A DNA stretch of 64,000 nucleotides from a virus. The notes under the pieces were generated by a model that did not search any database, was not told the DNA's origin, and worked only from the letters and a program-made list of their open reading frames with translations. Positions within the stretch are counted from its first letter, which is position 1. Each line of letters begins with the position of its first letter. Of the stretch, positions 50,190 to 60,060 are shown one piece after another. Both the position numbers and the translations under genes were made by a program. Where the stretch lies: the IMG/VR virus record IMGVR_UViG_3300027749_000082, positions 1 to 64,000 of that record. One strand, written 5' to 3'.

Positions 50190-52622
50190 TTAACCACCAA
50201 TTAACTCTTGGAAGTTGGTATCGGTGCGAGTTGCGTAAAAATTTATTAAGATAAATTCAGCAGACTTAACAGGCTTTAAGTAAATATCTACTACTAATTC
50301 ATTGTTATCGATAACATCACCAGTGTTGTTACGGCTATCACATACAATAAGGTAATCATAAAGACCATCTGATTGTTTAACTCTCTCAAAGAAAGGTGTA
50401 AGTGTATTAACGACACGAGTTCTTGTGAATAGTGTATTATTCTCAAATAAGAAGTATCTCATTACGTCTCTCGTAGCTTTTTCTAAGTATAAGAAGCTTC
50501 TACGAACGTTAATTCTATCGAAAGCACTTGGCTTTTTAAGAAGTGTCTTTTGACCGTATACAACAATACCTTGATCAGGTACACGTGTTACAGGATTAAA
50601 GTTAAACTTATAGAACTCATCACGCTGTCTTTGGTTAGGTGAAAGAGCAACATCAAGCGCATCATTAATTACACCGCGTGAATAACCAGCAGGCGCTGCC
50701 CATGGTCCTTGATCTGTATCTGTTGATGCCATTCTCGCTGCTGCAAATCCTGAAGAAGGTACATAAATGTATAAGCCACTATATGCATCATATACTTTCA
50801 TATAATTTGCAAATACACCTGCATACGACGTATTAGTATTTTCAAATTGATGTCTAAGAGGCCAGTAAATGTGTTGTGAGAAGTTAAGACCAGGTATATT
50901 AATAACCTTTGTATCTTTACCTGTTACAAATATTTGACGAATAGGGTCAGCGATAAAGAATATATCACCTCTACCACCATCTTTTACTGGTCCGCAGAAT
51001 GTATTAAATTGATTAAAGATTGTAGTGTAACTATCTCTTGCATTTGTAATAGTTAGATCATTTGATGTTCTAAGAGCTTCAATATCAGGAGCAGTCTTTG
51101 TATCATCAAAGTAAGTGAGACCAGTAGCACAAACTGTTGTCCATATAGTACCAAGACCACCTTCTGCTATAATATCGATATTAAAAAGCTGATCATTTCT
51201 AACACGCTCTAAAGCACGACTAATCTTATCTGGTATATTACCAACACTCTTTGAGCTAATCTTAACAGCACCGTAAGCACCAAGCGGGAATAACGCATCA
51301 CCGTAGCCAATTCCTGTAGCTGCTTGGAACTGCGCATATGTAACGCCGAAAGGAGCGTATGCTGCTTGTGCAGTTGAGAGTGCTGATGCAGAAAGACCAG
51401 ATACAAGTAAGGTAGCAGTATATGTATTATTAATTGCTGATAATGAATTAACTAATTGTGTTGAAATAACACGTACCTTCTTTGACGGTGTACCATCTGG
51501 ATTGAGTTGTATACCATTGAAGTAATCGGAAATATATGGATTAACTAATAATTCAAGATTTCTCGAACCATTCTCAACATTTTCAAGGAAAAAGTTAACC
51601 GGCTTGCCACCGTTTTCACTATTAATTTGTCTAGCATAGCCAATTGAACCATTATAACCTTCTTCGATAATATAATCTAAAGTTGTTGAATCATTAGCAA
51701 ATACTGATTGTCTTAATTTAAAGATACCAACATTAAGTGTATCGTCAAAGAATCTTGTACCAATATCATAATTAGTAATTTTTTCTTCCATCACTTGCGA
51801 TACTGTATTAGTAGCAGGATTATTTCCATAAGCAGGTGTTGCTGTTAAGGAGAAAGCTAATCGGGATTTCGGAATACTATTATAAGCTGTAAGACCAGAA
51901 GTACCAGCAGACTGTGTAACAGTATAAGCAGTTTGAATACTATCATAATTAGAAGCAGGGTTAATATTTGTATTATCTGCTAAACCAACATAATAACCTT
52001 GATACTTACCGTCAATTGTTGTTTGTCCAGAATTGATTGCTATTACAGCAGCACCTGAAAGACTCTGTAGAGAGTTGAATGTTGTTAGTGCACTATTACT
52101 CCATTGCGAGAATAACGTACCGTTAACAAGGTTTGTGTAATCTGTTTGTGAGATATTAAACTGCGTTGGTTGTCCAAGCAAATATGTAGCACCTGATGCT
52201 CCTAAATAAGTAGTAGAAATATTAGTTGCAGATAATGTACCTGTACCGGAGAGTGGTGTGTTAGCACCAATACCTGATATAGCATTTGCAGCTACGATAG
52301 CTGGGTAAGCGAGAACAGATATAGAAGAACCAAATCCTTCACCTGTACCGTCACCATAAGGTAATCTGTTAATAAGTACATTAGCAGATGAATTAAGTGT
52401 TGCTTTTACAGTATGATAGCAATATCTTTCTGCTGGTGTCTTTGGATTTCCGTAAATAGATTCAAATTCTGAAATGCTTCCTACGCTTAAAACCTCATCT
52501 GTTGGACCTTGATCTGTATAACCTGTAATATAAACGGTTGTGCCGGCAGGTGTTGGTACTCTTAGAGATAAATCATTTTCCCTAATTTCAACACCTGGTG
52601 ATTGGATTGTTCTTTTCGCCAT
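50190..52622 (-). CDS. 18: tail sheath protein (T4 gp18-like)
   Basis: SPGVEIRE.DLS, GPTDEV, PWAAPAG..RG, VYGQKTL...SAFDRINVRR and YLKPVKSAEFI. Confidence 0.95.
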   Translation of the reverse strand: MAKRTIQSPGVEIRENDLSLRVPTPAGTTVYITGYTDQGPTDEVLSVGSISEFESIYGNPKTPAERYCYHTVKATLNSSANVLINRLPYGDGTGEGFGSSISVLAYPAIVAANAISGIGANTPLSGTGTLSATNISTTYLGASGATYLLGQPTQFNISQTDYTNLVNGTLFSQWSNSALTTFNSLQSLSGAAVIAINSGQTTIDGKYQGYYVGLADNTNINPASNYDSIQTAYTVTQSAGTSGLTAYNSIPKSRLAFSLTATPAYGNNPATNTVSQVMEEKITNYDIGTRFFDDTLNVGIFKLRQSVFANDSTTLDYIIEEGYNGSIGYARQINSENGGKPVNFFLENVENGSRNLELLVNPYISDYFNGIQLNPDGTPSKKVRVISTQLVNSLSAINNTYTATLLVSGLSASALSTAQAAYAPFGVTYAQFQAATGIGYGDALFPLGAYGAVKISSKSVGNIPDKISRALERVRNDQLFNIDIIAEGGLGTIWTTVCATGLTYFDDTKTAPDIEALRTSNDLTITNARDSYTTIFNQFNTFCGPVKDGGRGDIFFIADPIRQIFVTGKDTKVINIPGLNFSQHIYWPLRHQFENTNTSYAGVFANYMKVYDAYSGLYIYVPSSGFAAARMASTDTDQGPWAAPAGYSRGVINDALDVALSPNQRQRDEFYKFNFNPVTRVPDQGIVVYGQKTLLKKPSAFDRINVRRSFLYLEKATRDVMRYFLFENNTLFTRTRVVNTLTPFFERVKQSDGLYDYLIVCDSRNNTGDVIDNNELVVDIYLKPVKSAEFILINFYATRTDTNFQELIGG

Positions 52623-52627
52623 ATAAG

Positions 52628-52635
52628 TATTTATA
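52628..52635 (-). promoter_or_regulatory. late promoter TATAAATA for the sheath gene
   Basis: Exact motif 5 nt before ATG 52622. Confidence 0.75.
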
Positions 52636-52653
52636 CTTTTTAAGTATAAATTT

Positions 52654-53229
52654 TCAGCTTAAAAGCGATGTATGCAGCTGAGAGTAAACAAAGGTAAAGG
52701 ATGATTCGATTTCTCCATCTTCTCTATAGTTATAATTAATACCTCCTAAATCAGTAGGAAAAGCTTTAGTGTAAATAAATTTAATTTTTTCGTTATTATA
52801 CTCATCAAGCCCGTATATTGTTAGGTCTGTTTGATAATCCTTAAATCTGTCATCTTGAACAAGACCTGAACTATCATATACACCTGTATATTCGTCGTGA
52901 AGTAAATTAATCCATTTATAAATCGTCCAATAATTATTATATTGGTTATCTATTGTAAAATTAACCGTTACCGGGGGGTAAGGATTTTTACTGTGTGTAG
53001 AATTATAAAGAGTACTACCAGAATATCTTATTTCTAACGCTGGTACAGTAATTGCAGGTACAACAGTTCCATATATAGAAAGCTGCATTGAATCTTGTAT
53101 AACAGTAGCGTTATTACGTTCATCGTGCTTATTAATTTTCTTTAGTGCATTAGGCAACTGAAAGACAAGTCTAAACTTATCAACATGTGACTTATTAAGA
53201 ACTGATTGTGTATATTGATTAGTGGCCAT
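52654..53229 (-). CDS. tail completion / tube terminator (T4 gp3-like)
   Basis: Start at MATNQ. VTVNFTIDNQYNNYWTIYKWI, TDLTIY and AFPTDLGG. Confidence 0.7.
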   Translation of the reverse strand: MATNQYTQSVLNKSHVDKFRLVFQLPNALKKINKHDERNNATVIQDSMQLSIYGTVVPAITVPALEIRYSGSTLYNSTHSKNPYPPVTVNFTIDNQYNNYWTIYKWINLLHDEYTGVYDSSGLVQDDRFKDYQTDLTIYGLDEYNNEKIKFIYTKAFPTDLGGINYNYREDGEIESSFTFVYSQLHTSLLS

Positions 53230-54925
53230 ATGGTTTCCATCCTTCCGCTGCCATTGATTCCATTTCTGAGAGTTGTTCTGTATATCCCATACCGAAAACA
53301 ATAGGCGTCATGTATGGATTATTTAATCCTACTACTTCAAAATCATTGTATATAGATGTAGCATTCTCAAATGTAGCTACACCGAAATCCATTGCTTCTA
53401 TAACCATAGGTTTTCCATGATCATCTAGTTCAAGTATATCGAAGTATCTCTCTGTTATTTCTTTCTCTAATATAAAAAGCGCATATAAAAGAGACATAAC
53501 TCTATCATCATTAAATCCTCCTTTAGCTTTCCATGTGCCATTAGGATATCTAACGAAATCTCGCATCTCTTTAAGTGTCTGAATATCTTGTAAAGTAACA
53601 GAGCGTGTTTCGTTAATAAAGTATCGCATATTCATAACACCTTTATATTTGGTGTTAGTATGAGCAATCATACCCATCTGTGGTCTACCACGAAGTGCTG
53701 CTTTAGCACCATACGATACAACCTTCTCGTAACCTACATCAAATGCAAGTCTATCAACAACTTGTGCACCGCAGTTATTACGTTCAATAAGAGCTAGAGG
53801 AGATCCCCAGTTTAAAAGTATTGTGTGTAGTTTATTTGAAAATTCTAGTGGTGGTATATTTCTATTATGATATACAGCAACCTGCTTAATATCTCTTGTA
53901 TCTGTTATATCTAATATCTGTATAACAGAAGCATCTGCTCCTACTCCTTCAGATATATCAACACCAGCAACATATATTTTTGAAGGGTCCGGTTCTTCCC
54001 AGATCTTATAGTTACCATCATCTAATATAATCTTCGCTTCTGTACACTTTCTTGACATTTCTTCAAAAAGCTCTTCATCAATAGAAGATTCACCAGAGTT
54101 AATAAATTCACAGCAAAATTCTTGAAGCCAAGCCTCTGTAGAGCCAAGAGCTTGTCTAGTAATAGAAGCCCACTTTTCATCTCTACCTGGAACCTCGTCC
54201 CACATGATTCTATCATGACCCCACCCGTTTTCACCTTTTTCAGCACCATCATATATTTTATGAAACAGATTACCTGTACCATTAGCGGTAGAACATATAA
54301 ACACTTTAGATTTTTTAGATGATGTAATAATAGGGAATACTGATTTCCAAAACTCCTCTACTAAATGAGACTCAATGAAGGCACACTCATCAATGATCAA
54401 CAAATTTACCGATTGACCCCGAGCAGCTGTACCAGTTGTAGTTGTAATACCAATACGGCTACCATTATCTAGTGTCATCGATGTCTTACCATACTCCTTA
54501 ACACCTGGCTTTAACCATATAGGTAATTCCTCAAATGCCATTCTAACACGTTGAAAGATTTCAATAGCAGTTGCTTCTTTGTTAGCTACTAGAAGAATAC
54601 GCTGATCATCCATAAAGCATGCATACCATAACATATAAATTGTCATTAGTGTAGACTTACCGATTTGTCGAGATGCTAATAAAATAAAGAATCTATTATC
54701 TCTCATTTTTCGCATTACACGTTTTTGACATGGGTGTAATCCAATCTTTTCGCGACCCCTATCTAGATTAATAATATGGAAGTAATTTTCAGCAAAGTGT
54801 AATATGTTTTCTTTACACTTTTTTATCTCTTTTACCATCCATGGTTCATACGCTATTTGCGCATCTGCAGCTGGTAAGTTAGGGTTTCCAAGATAAAACT
54901 CTGTTTTATTAGCTTTTTTAGACAT
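53219..54925 (-). CDS. 17: terminase large subunit (T4 gp17-like)
   Basis: YLGNPNL, SRQIGKS, RGQSVNLLIIDECAF, STANG, QEFCCEF, GVDISEG, IERNN and DDRVM. Confidence 0.95.
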   Translation of the reverse strand: MSKKANKTEFYLGNPNLPAADAQIAYEPWMVKEIKKCKENILHFAENYFHIINLDRGREKIGLHPCQKRVMRKMRDNRFFILLASRQIGKSTLMTIYMLWYACFMDDQRILLVANKEATAIEIFQRVRMAFEELPIWLKPGVKEYGKTSMTLDNGSRIGITTTTGTAARGQSVNLLIIDECAFIESHLVEEFWKSVFPIITSSKKSKVFICSTANGTGNLFHKIYDGAEKGENGWGHDRIMWDEVPGRDEKWASITRQALGSTEAWLQEFCCEFINSGESSIDEELFEEMSRKCTEAKIILDDGNYKIWEEPDPSKIYVAGVDISEGVGADASVIQILDITDTRDIKQVAVYHNRNIPPLEFSNKLHTILLNWGSPLALIERNNCGAQVVDRLAFDVGYEKVVSYGAKAALRGRPQMGMIAHTNTKYKGVMNMRYFINETRSVTLQDIQTLKEMRDFVRYPNGTWKAKGGFNDDRVMSLLYALFILEKEITERYFDILELDDHGKPMVIEAMDFGVATFENATSIYNDFEVVGLNNPYMTPIVFGMGYTEQLSEMESMAAEGWKPYGH

Positions 54926-54930
54926 ACTAC

Positions 54931-54938
54931 TATAAATA
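54931..54938 (+). promoter_or_regulatory. late promoter TATAAATA
   Basis: 5 nt before ATG 54944. Confidence 0.7.
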
Positions 54939-54943
54939 TATAT

Positions 54944-55927
54944 ATGTCAAGATCAAAAAACGACTTCGCATCCATCGGAAATTTATATGGTGGTATGTTA
55001 AATGGTATCAAGAGTCAGCTCGTAGCTGAAGGAAAAATTGGACCTGCTGTTAAAACAGCTAAAACTAACCCAACTATTAAACCTGGTGAAATCGGCGATG
55101 TCGCACTTGCTCCAGATAGAGGGCCTCGTACCACTGCTGGTTATTTACCAGCTAAGGTTGATAAAAAGACAATGTCTAAAAAAGACATTGATGATAACCT
55201 CTATAAAATCGATGATCTTTCATATGATGAGGATGAAGAGACAAAGAAAAAAACTAAAAAAACTGCTTTAAAGAAAGCTAATGTAGTTAAGGCTAAAAAA
55301 ATGTCCGAAGAAGATGAAGAAGAACTTGTAAAAGAAAGTGGAAAAATCGCTAAGGAGAGACTAAATAACTTTATGAGAAGAAAATCGATTTTTGATAAAC
55401 TTTACGAAAACGTTATGCAACCGGACGGCCGCCCTGAAGGCGGAGAGATGGATGATTCACAGGAACTTGATGCTCTCGGCATTGACGGTGAAGGTGACGA
55501 AATGGGTGGTGAGGATGAAGTAACCTTTACACTTGACCGTGCTACTGCTGAAAAGCTTCTTGATGTTATCGGTGCTGCTATGGGCCAAGGACACGAAGAA
55601 GGTGAAGCAGAAAATGAATACGGTGGTGAAGAAGATTCTGGCGAATTCGGCGGTGAAGAAGACGAAGAAGGCTTCTGGGACGAAGACGAAGAAGAACTTG
55701 CAGGTGCCAAGGAATTCACAAAGGAAGTTAACTTCGGTAAAAACAACAAGGTCAGTAATCTTAAGGTTCAAAACCAATATGTAACAGGTAGTTATACAGA
55801 CAAGACGGGTGTAAGTGATGAATATGGTCACTCACTCATTAACGCTAAGCAAGTTGGTATGGGCAAAGATCCTAAAGTCAAATCAGTACTTAAAAGCGCT
55901 GGTGGTAAGAAAGTGTTTGAAGTCTAA
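54944..55927 (+). CDS. highly charged late protein, possible prohead core/internal protein
   Basis: Alternating Lys-rich and Glu/Asp-rich tracts, with its own late promoter and terminator. Confidence 0.55.
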   Translation: MSRSKNDFASIGNLYGGMLNGIKSQLVAEGKIGPAVKTAKTNPTIKPGEIGDVALAPDRGPRTTAGYLPAKVDKKTMSKKDIDDNLYKIDDLSYDEDEETKKKTKKTALKKANVVKAKKMSEEDEEELVKESGKIAKERLNNFMRRKSIFDKLYENVMQPDGRPEGGEMDDSQELDALGIDGEGDEMGGEDEVTFTLDRATAEKLLDVIGAAMGQGHEEGEAENEYGGEEDSGEFGGEEDEEGFWDEDEEELAGAKEFTKEVNFGKNNKVSNLKVQNQYVTGSYTDKTGVSDEYGHSLINAKQVGMGKDPKVKSVLKSAGGKKVFEV

Positions 55928-55947
55928 TTTTTAACTAAAAATTTAAT

Positions 55948-55982
55948 AAAGCCCTGTAGTTTCTCACTACAGGGCTTTTTTT
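55948..55982 (+). terminator. intrinsic terminator
   Basis: AAAGCCCTGTAGT-TTCTC-ACTACAGGGCTTT followed by a T run. Confidence 0.88.
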
Positions 55983-55983
55983 G

Positions 55984-55991
55984 TATAAATA
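55984..55991 (+). promoter_or_regulatory. late promoter TATAAATA
   Basis: Immediately after the terminator, 5 nt before ATG 55997. Confidence 0.7.
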
Positions 55992-55996
55992 ATAAT

Positions 55997-56380
55997 ATGG
56001 TAACGTTTAGTGACTACTTACTCGAATACACCAAGAATAAAGAAAAATCTTTATTCTTCGGTATAGCAAAAATGAAACATGGCAACAACGGTAAGGACTG
56101 GAATAGAGCTCATGAGAGAAAACACATTAATACTGTTACTAAAGAGTACAACCATAAGCACCCTATTATAAACAGTATATGCCAAGGTAAAGCAGATAAT
56201 GTACCTATTACAGGTGTAAATCTTAATAATATATTAAAGCTTTATAGTATGATATTTGAACCAGGTCTTAAGACTATAGGTAACTCAGATGTTGAAATAG
56301 AGATGTTTGAGGATGAAGAAGGCAGACAACACGGTAGATTGAGAAATAAGAAAAAGAAAACTTTACCGTATGGCTTGTAA
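55997..56380 (+). CDS. hypothetical late protein with capsid-targeting-like N-terminus
   Basis: Begins MVTFSDYLLE. Confidence 0.55.
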   Translation: MVTFSDYLLEYTKNKEKSLFFGIAKMKHGNNGKDWNRAHERKHINTVTKEYNHKHPIINSICQGKADNVPITGVNLNNILKLYSMIFEPGLKTIGNSDVEIEMFEDEEGRQHGRLRNKKKKTLPYGL

Positions 56381-57257
56381 CCCTAATCAAATTAACTGTA
56401 ATAGTAATAGTCCTGGAATGGATTGGTATAACGCTGCTGCAGAATCACCAGAGTGTAGTCAATTCTTTGATCCATCTAACTTTCAAGCTGAACAGGTAAT
56501 ATATGATGCTGCTTATCAGGATATGATCAATAGCTTTGGTATACCTATAGATTACTATATTAATACATTTAATTTATCAGCTGCAGATACACTTTATGGT
56601 GAGCAACCTACAGCTATATTTTACGGTCCCGTTTCTTTACAAATGTATGTAGAGCTTACTGAACCTGCAGTTAATCTTTCTAAATTTGGTTTTGCTTCTG
56701 ATGATGAGATGACCGGATTTCTACATATACAAACGTTTATGGATGCAGTATCTGGAAAACGGTTCTATATACGTACATCAACAGGTAATATACTATCAAT
56801 TAACGAATATTTCTCACAAAATAAAAGAGCGGTAGGTATAAATGATACACTAATGAGTCAGTTCACAACTAATGGTCAAGTACTTGAACCAAAGTCAGGT
56901 GATCTTATACAGTTATCACCTTTGGGTTGTGATAGACCAAATGGTCGTGGTGCTAAGATATTTGAAGTGACAGAAAGAGTAGATCAAGATGTTGCTTCTT
57001 TAAATCCTCTTATGGGACACTATGTTTATAGATTAAGAGCTAAACGTTACGAATATTCATTCGAACCTGGCGCTCCACAAGAACAACAGAATCAACAGGT
57101 ATTTGAGAATGCGTTCTCTGGTAAAAAATCTTCTACTATAACAGGTCAAGTATCATCAGCTCCTAAATCGTATCCAGGCGATGTAGATACGGAGTCACAG
57201 ACAAAAGTGTTTGATATGACTGCTAATGAGACAGATATATACGGTACGTATTATTAA
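56370..57257 (+). CDS. 14: neck protein (T4 gp14-like), copy A
   Basis: DTLYGE, LSKFGF..DDE, PKSGDLI, IFEV and YVYRL....YEYSFE. Confidence 0.8.
   Translation: MACNPNQINCNSNSPGMDWYNAAAESPECSQFFDPSNFQAEQVIYDAAYQDMINSFGIPIDYYINTFNLSAADTLYGEQPTAIFYGPVSLQMYVELTEPAVNLSKFGFASDDEMTGFLHIQTFMDAVSGKRFYIRTSTGNILSINEYFSQNKRAVGINDTLMSQFTTNGQVLEPKSGDLIQLSPLGCDRPNGRGAKIFEVTERVDQDVASLNPLMGHYVYRLRAKRYEYSFEPGAPQEQQNQQVFENAFSGKKSSTITGQVSSAPKSYPGDVDTESQTKVFDMTANETDIYGTYY
57192..57257 (+). repeat. 66-bp direct repeat with 60865-60930 (2 mismatches)
   Basis: 3' ends of the two gp14 copies, 3673 bp apart. Confidence 0.9.
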
Positions 57258-59221
57258 TTGTATAAATTACCATATACATCTAAATCTGCTTGTGTAATTA
57301 GATTTAATGGTATATATGTACCAGCTATTGTGTTTATAGCGGTTTGTATAGCATCTGAGTAATATGATATTGATGGACCACCATATGTATACCAAAATGT
57401 CATTAATAATACAGGCTTTTTATTTATAAAGCATATATTAGGATGTCCACTATCCCCAGCTCGTGCATTCTTAAATGATAATACAGCACCTTCATTTGAG
57501 GAAAATACAGTATTGTTATAAGTCCAAGTAGGATCTGCTGTCCAAAAAGATGTACTATACGAACCTGGGGTAATATCTTGATCTTGCGAGATCCTATAAC
57601 CATGAATCCACGGCGGTATTTTTGTAGCTGAATTAGCACAAATTAATGAGTTAGGTAGTATATAAAACCCCGGGAAAGCTGAAACAGGAAGTGCAGGACT
57701 AAGTTCGTATAATGCTATATCACCACTATTAGCTATAAGTGTTTTACTTATAATATTTGTATTATATATTTTAGAGGGATTATTAAAATCTCTAAAATAT
57801 ACAGCCCGTGGTAGTGGTGTGCCGGGAGAACCTGGATCTAAGTGATTTGCTGTAATAGCAAATCTCGGATGTATTATATTTGTAGCGTAATCATTTCCTG
57901 CAAATCCGTTATAATTATTTAGCACCGATAAAGGCCACGTGTACATACTATTTGTATTCATACCAAAAGCAGTATTTAATGCTCCATAATAAGAGTTTTG
58001 AAATGTACCATCACTAAGTGGTATATAAAAAGAATAGGGTTGTCTTTTACCTGAAAGAGGATCTGTAACAGTTTTATATTGTTCCATTAAAAGCGTGTTA
58101 GACTTTGTGGGTATAATATCATATAGAGGAATTGAGGTAATATTATATGCAGATAAGAGTTTAAACACTATTTCTGCAGGAAAAGGATTATTAGTAAACT
58201 TCCAAGTTGTAGGGTGACATACTCCACTTGAATTTATATTCGAGGTTAAAACATTTACCTGTGTTGTACTTAATGCATTAATAAAATTAAAATTACTGAC
58301 AGTAGAACCACTTAGATTTGTTAATATTGTTGATTTATTAAGATTAGTAAAATCTATATAAGAGGTGCTTAATGGTATATTTGATGAATTAAAATAATAA
58401 TAGTCGCCAACTGTTTGGTTAGCAGAAATTGTAGGATATATATTAGTTGAGGAAAGAGATAAAGTTGTTATTTTAAGACCTGTTAGTGTATTAGATGTTA
58501 GAGTTAAATTAAATGTTGTTAATACTGATACATTCTGATTAAATGTAAAATTTAAACTAAGATAAGGGCATCTATTATAAGGATATCGCGCATTACTACT
58601 ACTCGTGGGTATATTAAAAGTTGTATTAAATTGCTTGATAGGGTCACTTATGTTAAAATATATAACATTAGCTTGTGTTGAGTAATTTGTCCAGCTAGTA
58701 TCTAGATTATATGTAATATAGCAATTTACGGATGTTAATAGAGGATTATTAGCAAATGTAATGCTTGGCCGAAAATAAGTAGTATCACGGGGAAAACCTT
58801 TAAGATAATACCCAACACCCCAAAACATGTAACTACTTAAAGATATATCTGTTAAAACATTATTACCTGTAACAGCAATATTATTTGTCCCTAAAAAAGG
58901 CATCAAAATAGTATAATTACTATTTTGTATAGAATCATAGTATGTACTAACTACAGGTACAATTGTGGTATCTGGAAAACTAAAATTAATAGTTTTAAAT
59001 TGACTATCTCTAATTTTAATTATTTTAAGTGCATCCTTATAGTTGTAGAATCTTTCTACTACATTCCAATTACCAGATAACCCTCCACCCATATTAATAT
59101 ATGTGGAACAAGATTGACCTAGATCGATCGCCCAAAAATCCGATCGTAGATAGTTAAGTGTATACGTATTTGGTATAATAACGTTAGATAAATAAAAGGA
59201 AGTAGTTAAAAAATTATACAT
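57254..59221 (-). CDS. Ser/Thr/Asn-rich virion-type protein with C-terminal trypsin-like serine protease
   Basis: Catalytic triad motifs IHPRFAITANH, GDIALY and GDSG in the correct order. Confidence 0.75.
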   Translation of the reverse strand: MYNFLTTSFYLSNVIIPNTYTLNYLRSDFWAIDLGQSCSTYINMGGGLSGNWNVVERFYNYKDALKIIKIRDSQFKTINFSFPDTTIVPVVSTYYDSIQNSNYTILMPFLGTNNIAVTGNNVLTDISLSSYMFWGVGYYLKGFPRDTTYFRPSITFANNPLLTSVNCYITYNLDTSWTNYSTQANVIYFNISDPIKQFNTTFNIPTSSSNARYPYNRCPYLSLNFTFNQNVSVLTTFNLTLTSNTLTGLKITTLSLSSTNIYPTISANQTVGDYYYFNSSNIPLSTSYIDFTNLNKSTILTNLSGSTVSNFNFINALSTTQVNVLTSNINSSGVCHPTTWKFTNNPFPAEIVFKLLSAYNITSIPLYDIIPTKSNTLLMEQYKTVTDPLSGKRQPYSFYIPLSDGTFQNSYYGALNTAFGMNTNSMYTWPLSVLNNYNGFAGNDYATNIIHPRFAITANHLDPGSPGTPLPRAVYFRDFNNPSKIYNTNIISKTLIANSGDIALYELSPALPVSAFPGFYILPNSLICANSATKIPPWIHGYRISQDQDITPGSYSTSFWTADPTWTYNNTVFSSNEGAVLSFKNARAGDSGHPNICFINKKPVLLMTFWYTYGGPSISYYSDAIQTAINTIAGTYIPLNLITQADLDVYGNLYN

Positions 59222-59226
59222 AATTA

Positions 59227-59541
59227 TTAAAAGGGTGTACCGTACGTTCTGCCGTAATACCATGTATTAAAGGCTGTATCTACCGGTACGAATTCAAAAG
59301 CGCTTAATAGAGGTACTACAGATTCATTTACACCTATAATAGTACCAGTTCCACCAGCAAAGGTTATTTCCTGTAAAATTTGTTCTGCGTAGACTATCGA
59401 TACTACAGGTCTATTAGGAGTATTACCTAGGTAGTTATCTTTACCAGAAGCTGCTATATAGACTGCAGTTCTACTAGCAAATGTCCTAGCGTCAGGACCA
59501 TCCGCATCAATCGTAGCATTTCGTACACCGTATGATATCAT
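59227..59541 (-). CDS. hypothetical protein
   Basis: 104-aa ORF coupled to its neighbours. Confidence 0.5.
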   Translation of the reverse strand: MISYGVRNATIDADGPDARTFASRTAVYIAASGKDNYLGNTPNRPVVSIVYAEQILQEITFAGGTGTIIGVNESVVPLLSAFEFVPVDTAFNTWYYGRTYGTPF

Positions 59542-59984
59542 TGAAGTAATCCTGTTAAGAGAAACACACTATCACCTACTCTACCAATAGATGCTACTGC
59601 ACCAACACCTGCTGTTGTATATAAGGAGTTATACGAAACTAGTCTAGCATTATAACCTGAAGATAGATTAATTGTTATTGTACCTGTGCTTAGTTGTGCT
59701 ACTGTTGTATTTGCACCAACTGTATTTAAAGCGCTATCAATCCATGCAGTTATATTCTGTGTACCACTATATATTAACATCTTTGCGTTATAGTCTACAT
59801 GAGATATTATAAAACTATTGGAAGCGCTTATTGTGTTTAGATATGTACCATTTAAATTAACAAGAAAGCTAGAAAGCGTATTGACTGTTGCACGCTTTGT
59901 TTCTACTTCGTTATCCACTATAAGATAATCAGTTCCAAGTACTGTAGTAGCAGTATTAAGTTGTGATATTAATTGGTCATCCAT
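59538..59984 (-). CDS. short fibre/appendage protein
   Basis: N-terminal ISQL..AT...DYL....ETKR motif and a C-terminal Q...GTITI...GA.AS....D..FLLTG beta domain. TATAAATA (59990-59997) lies 5 nt upstream of MDDQ. Confidence 0.6.
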   Translation of the reverse strand: MDDQLISQLNTATTVLGTDYLIVDNEVETKRATVNTLSSFLVNLNGTYLNTISASNSFIISHVDYNAKMLIYSGTQNITAWIDSALNTVGANTTVAQLSTGTITINLSSGYNARLVSYNSLYTTAGVGAVASIGRVGDSVFLLTGLLQ

Positions 59985-60060
59985 ACATATATTTATAATA
60001 ACACACACGTAGTGGTGTAGCTTTAAGCTAATATCATTGATACTATTAAATAATATAGTA

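Noticed and set aside
55038-55831. Several overlapping ORFs within 54944-55927
   Set aside because: Low-complexity shadows of the GAA/GAC-rich acidic gene.
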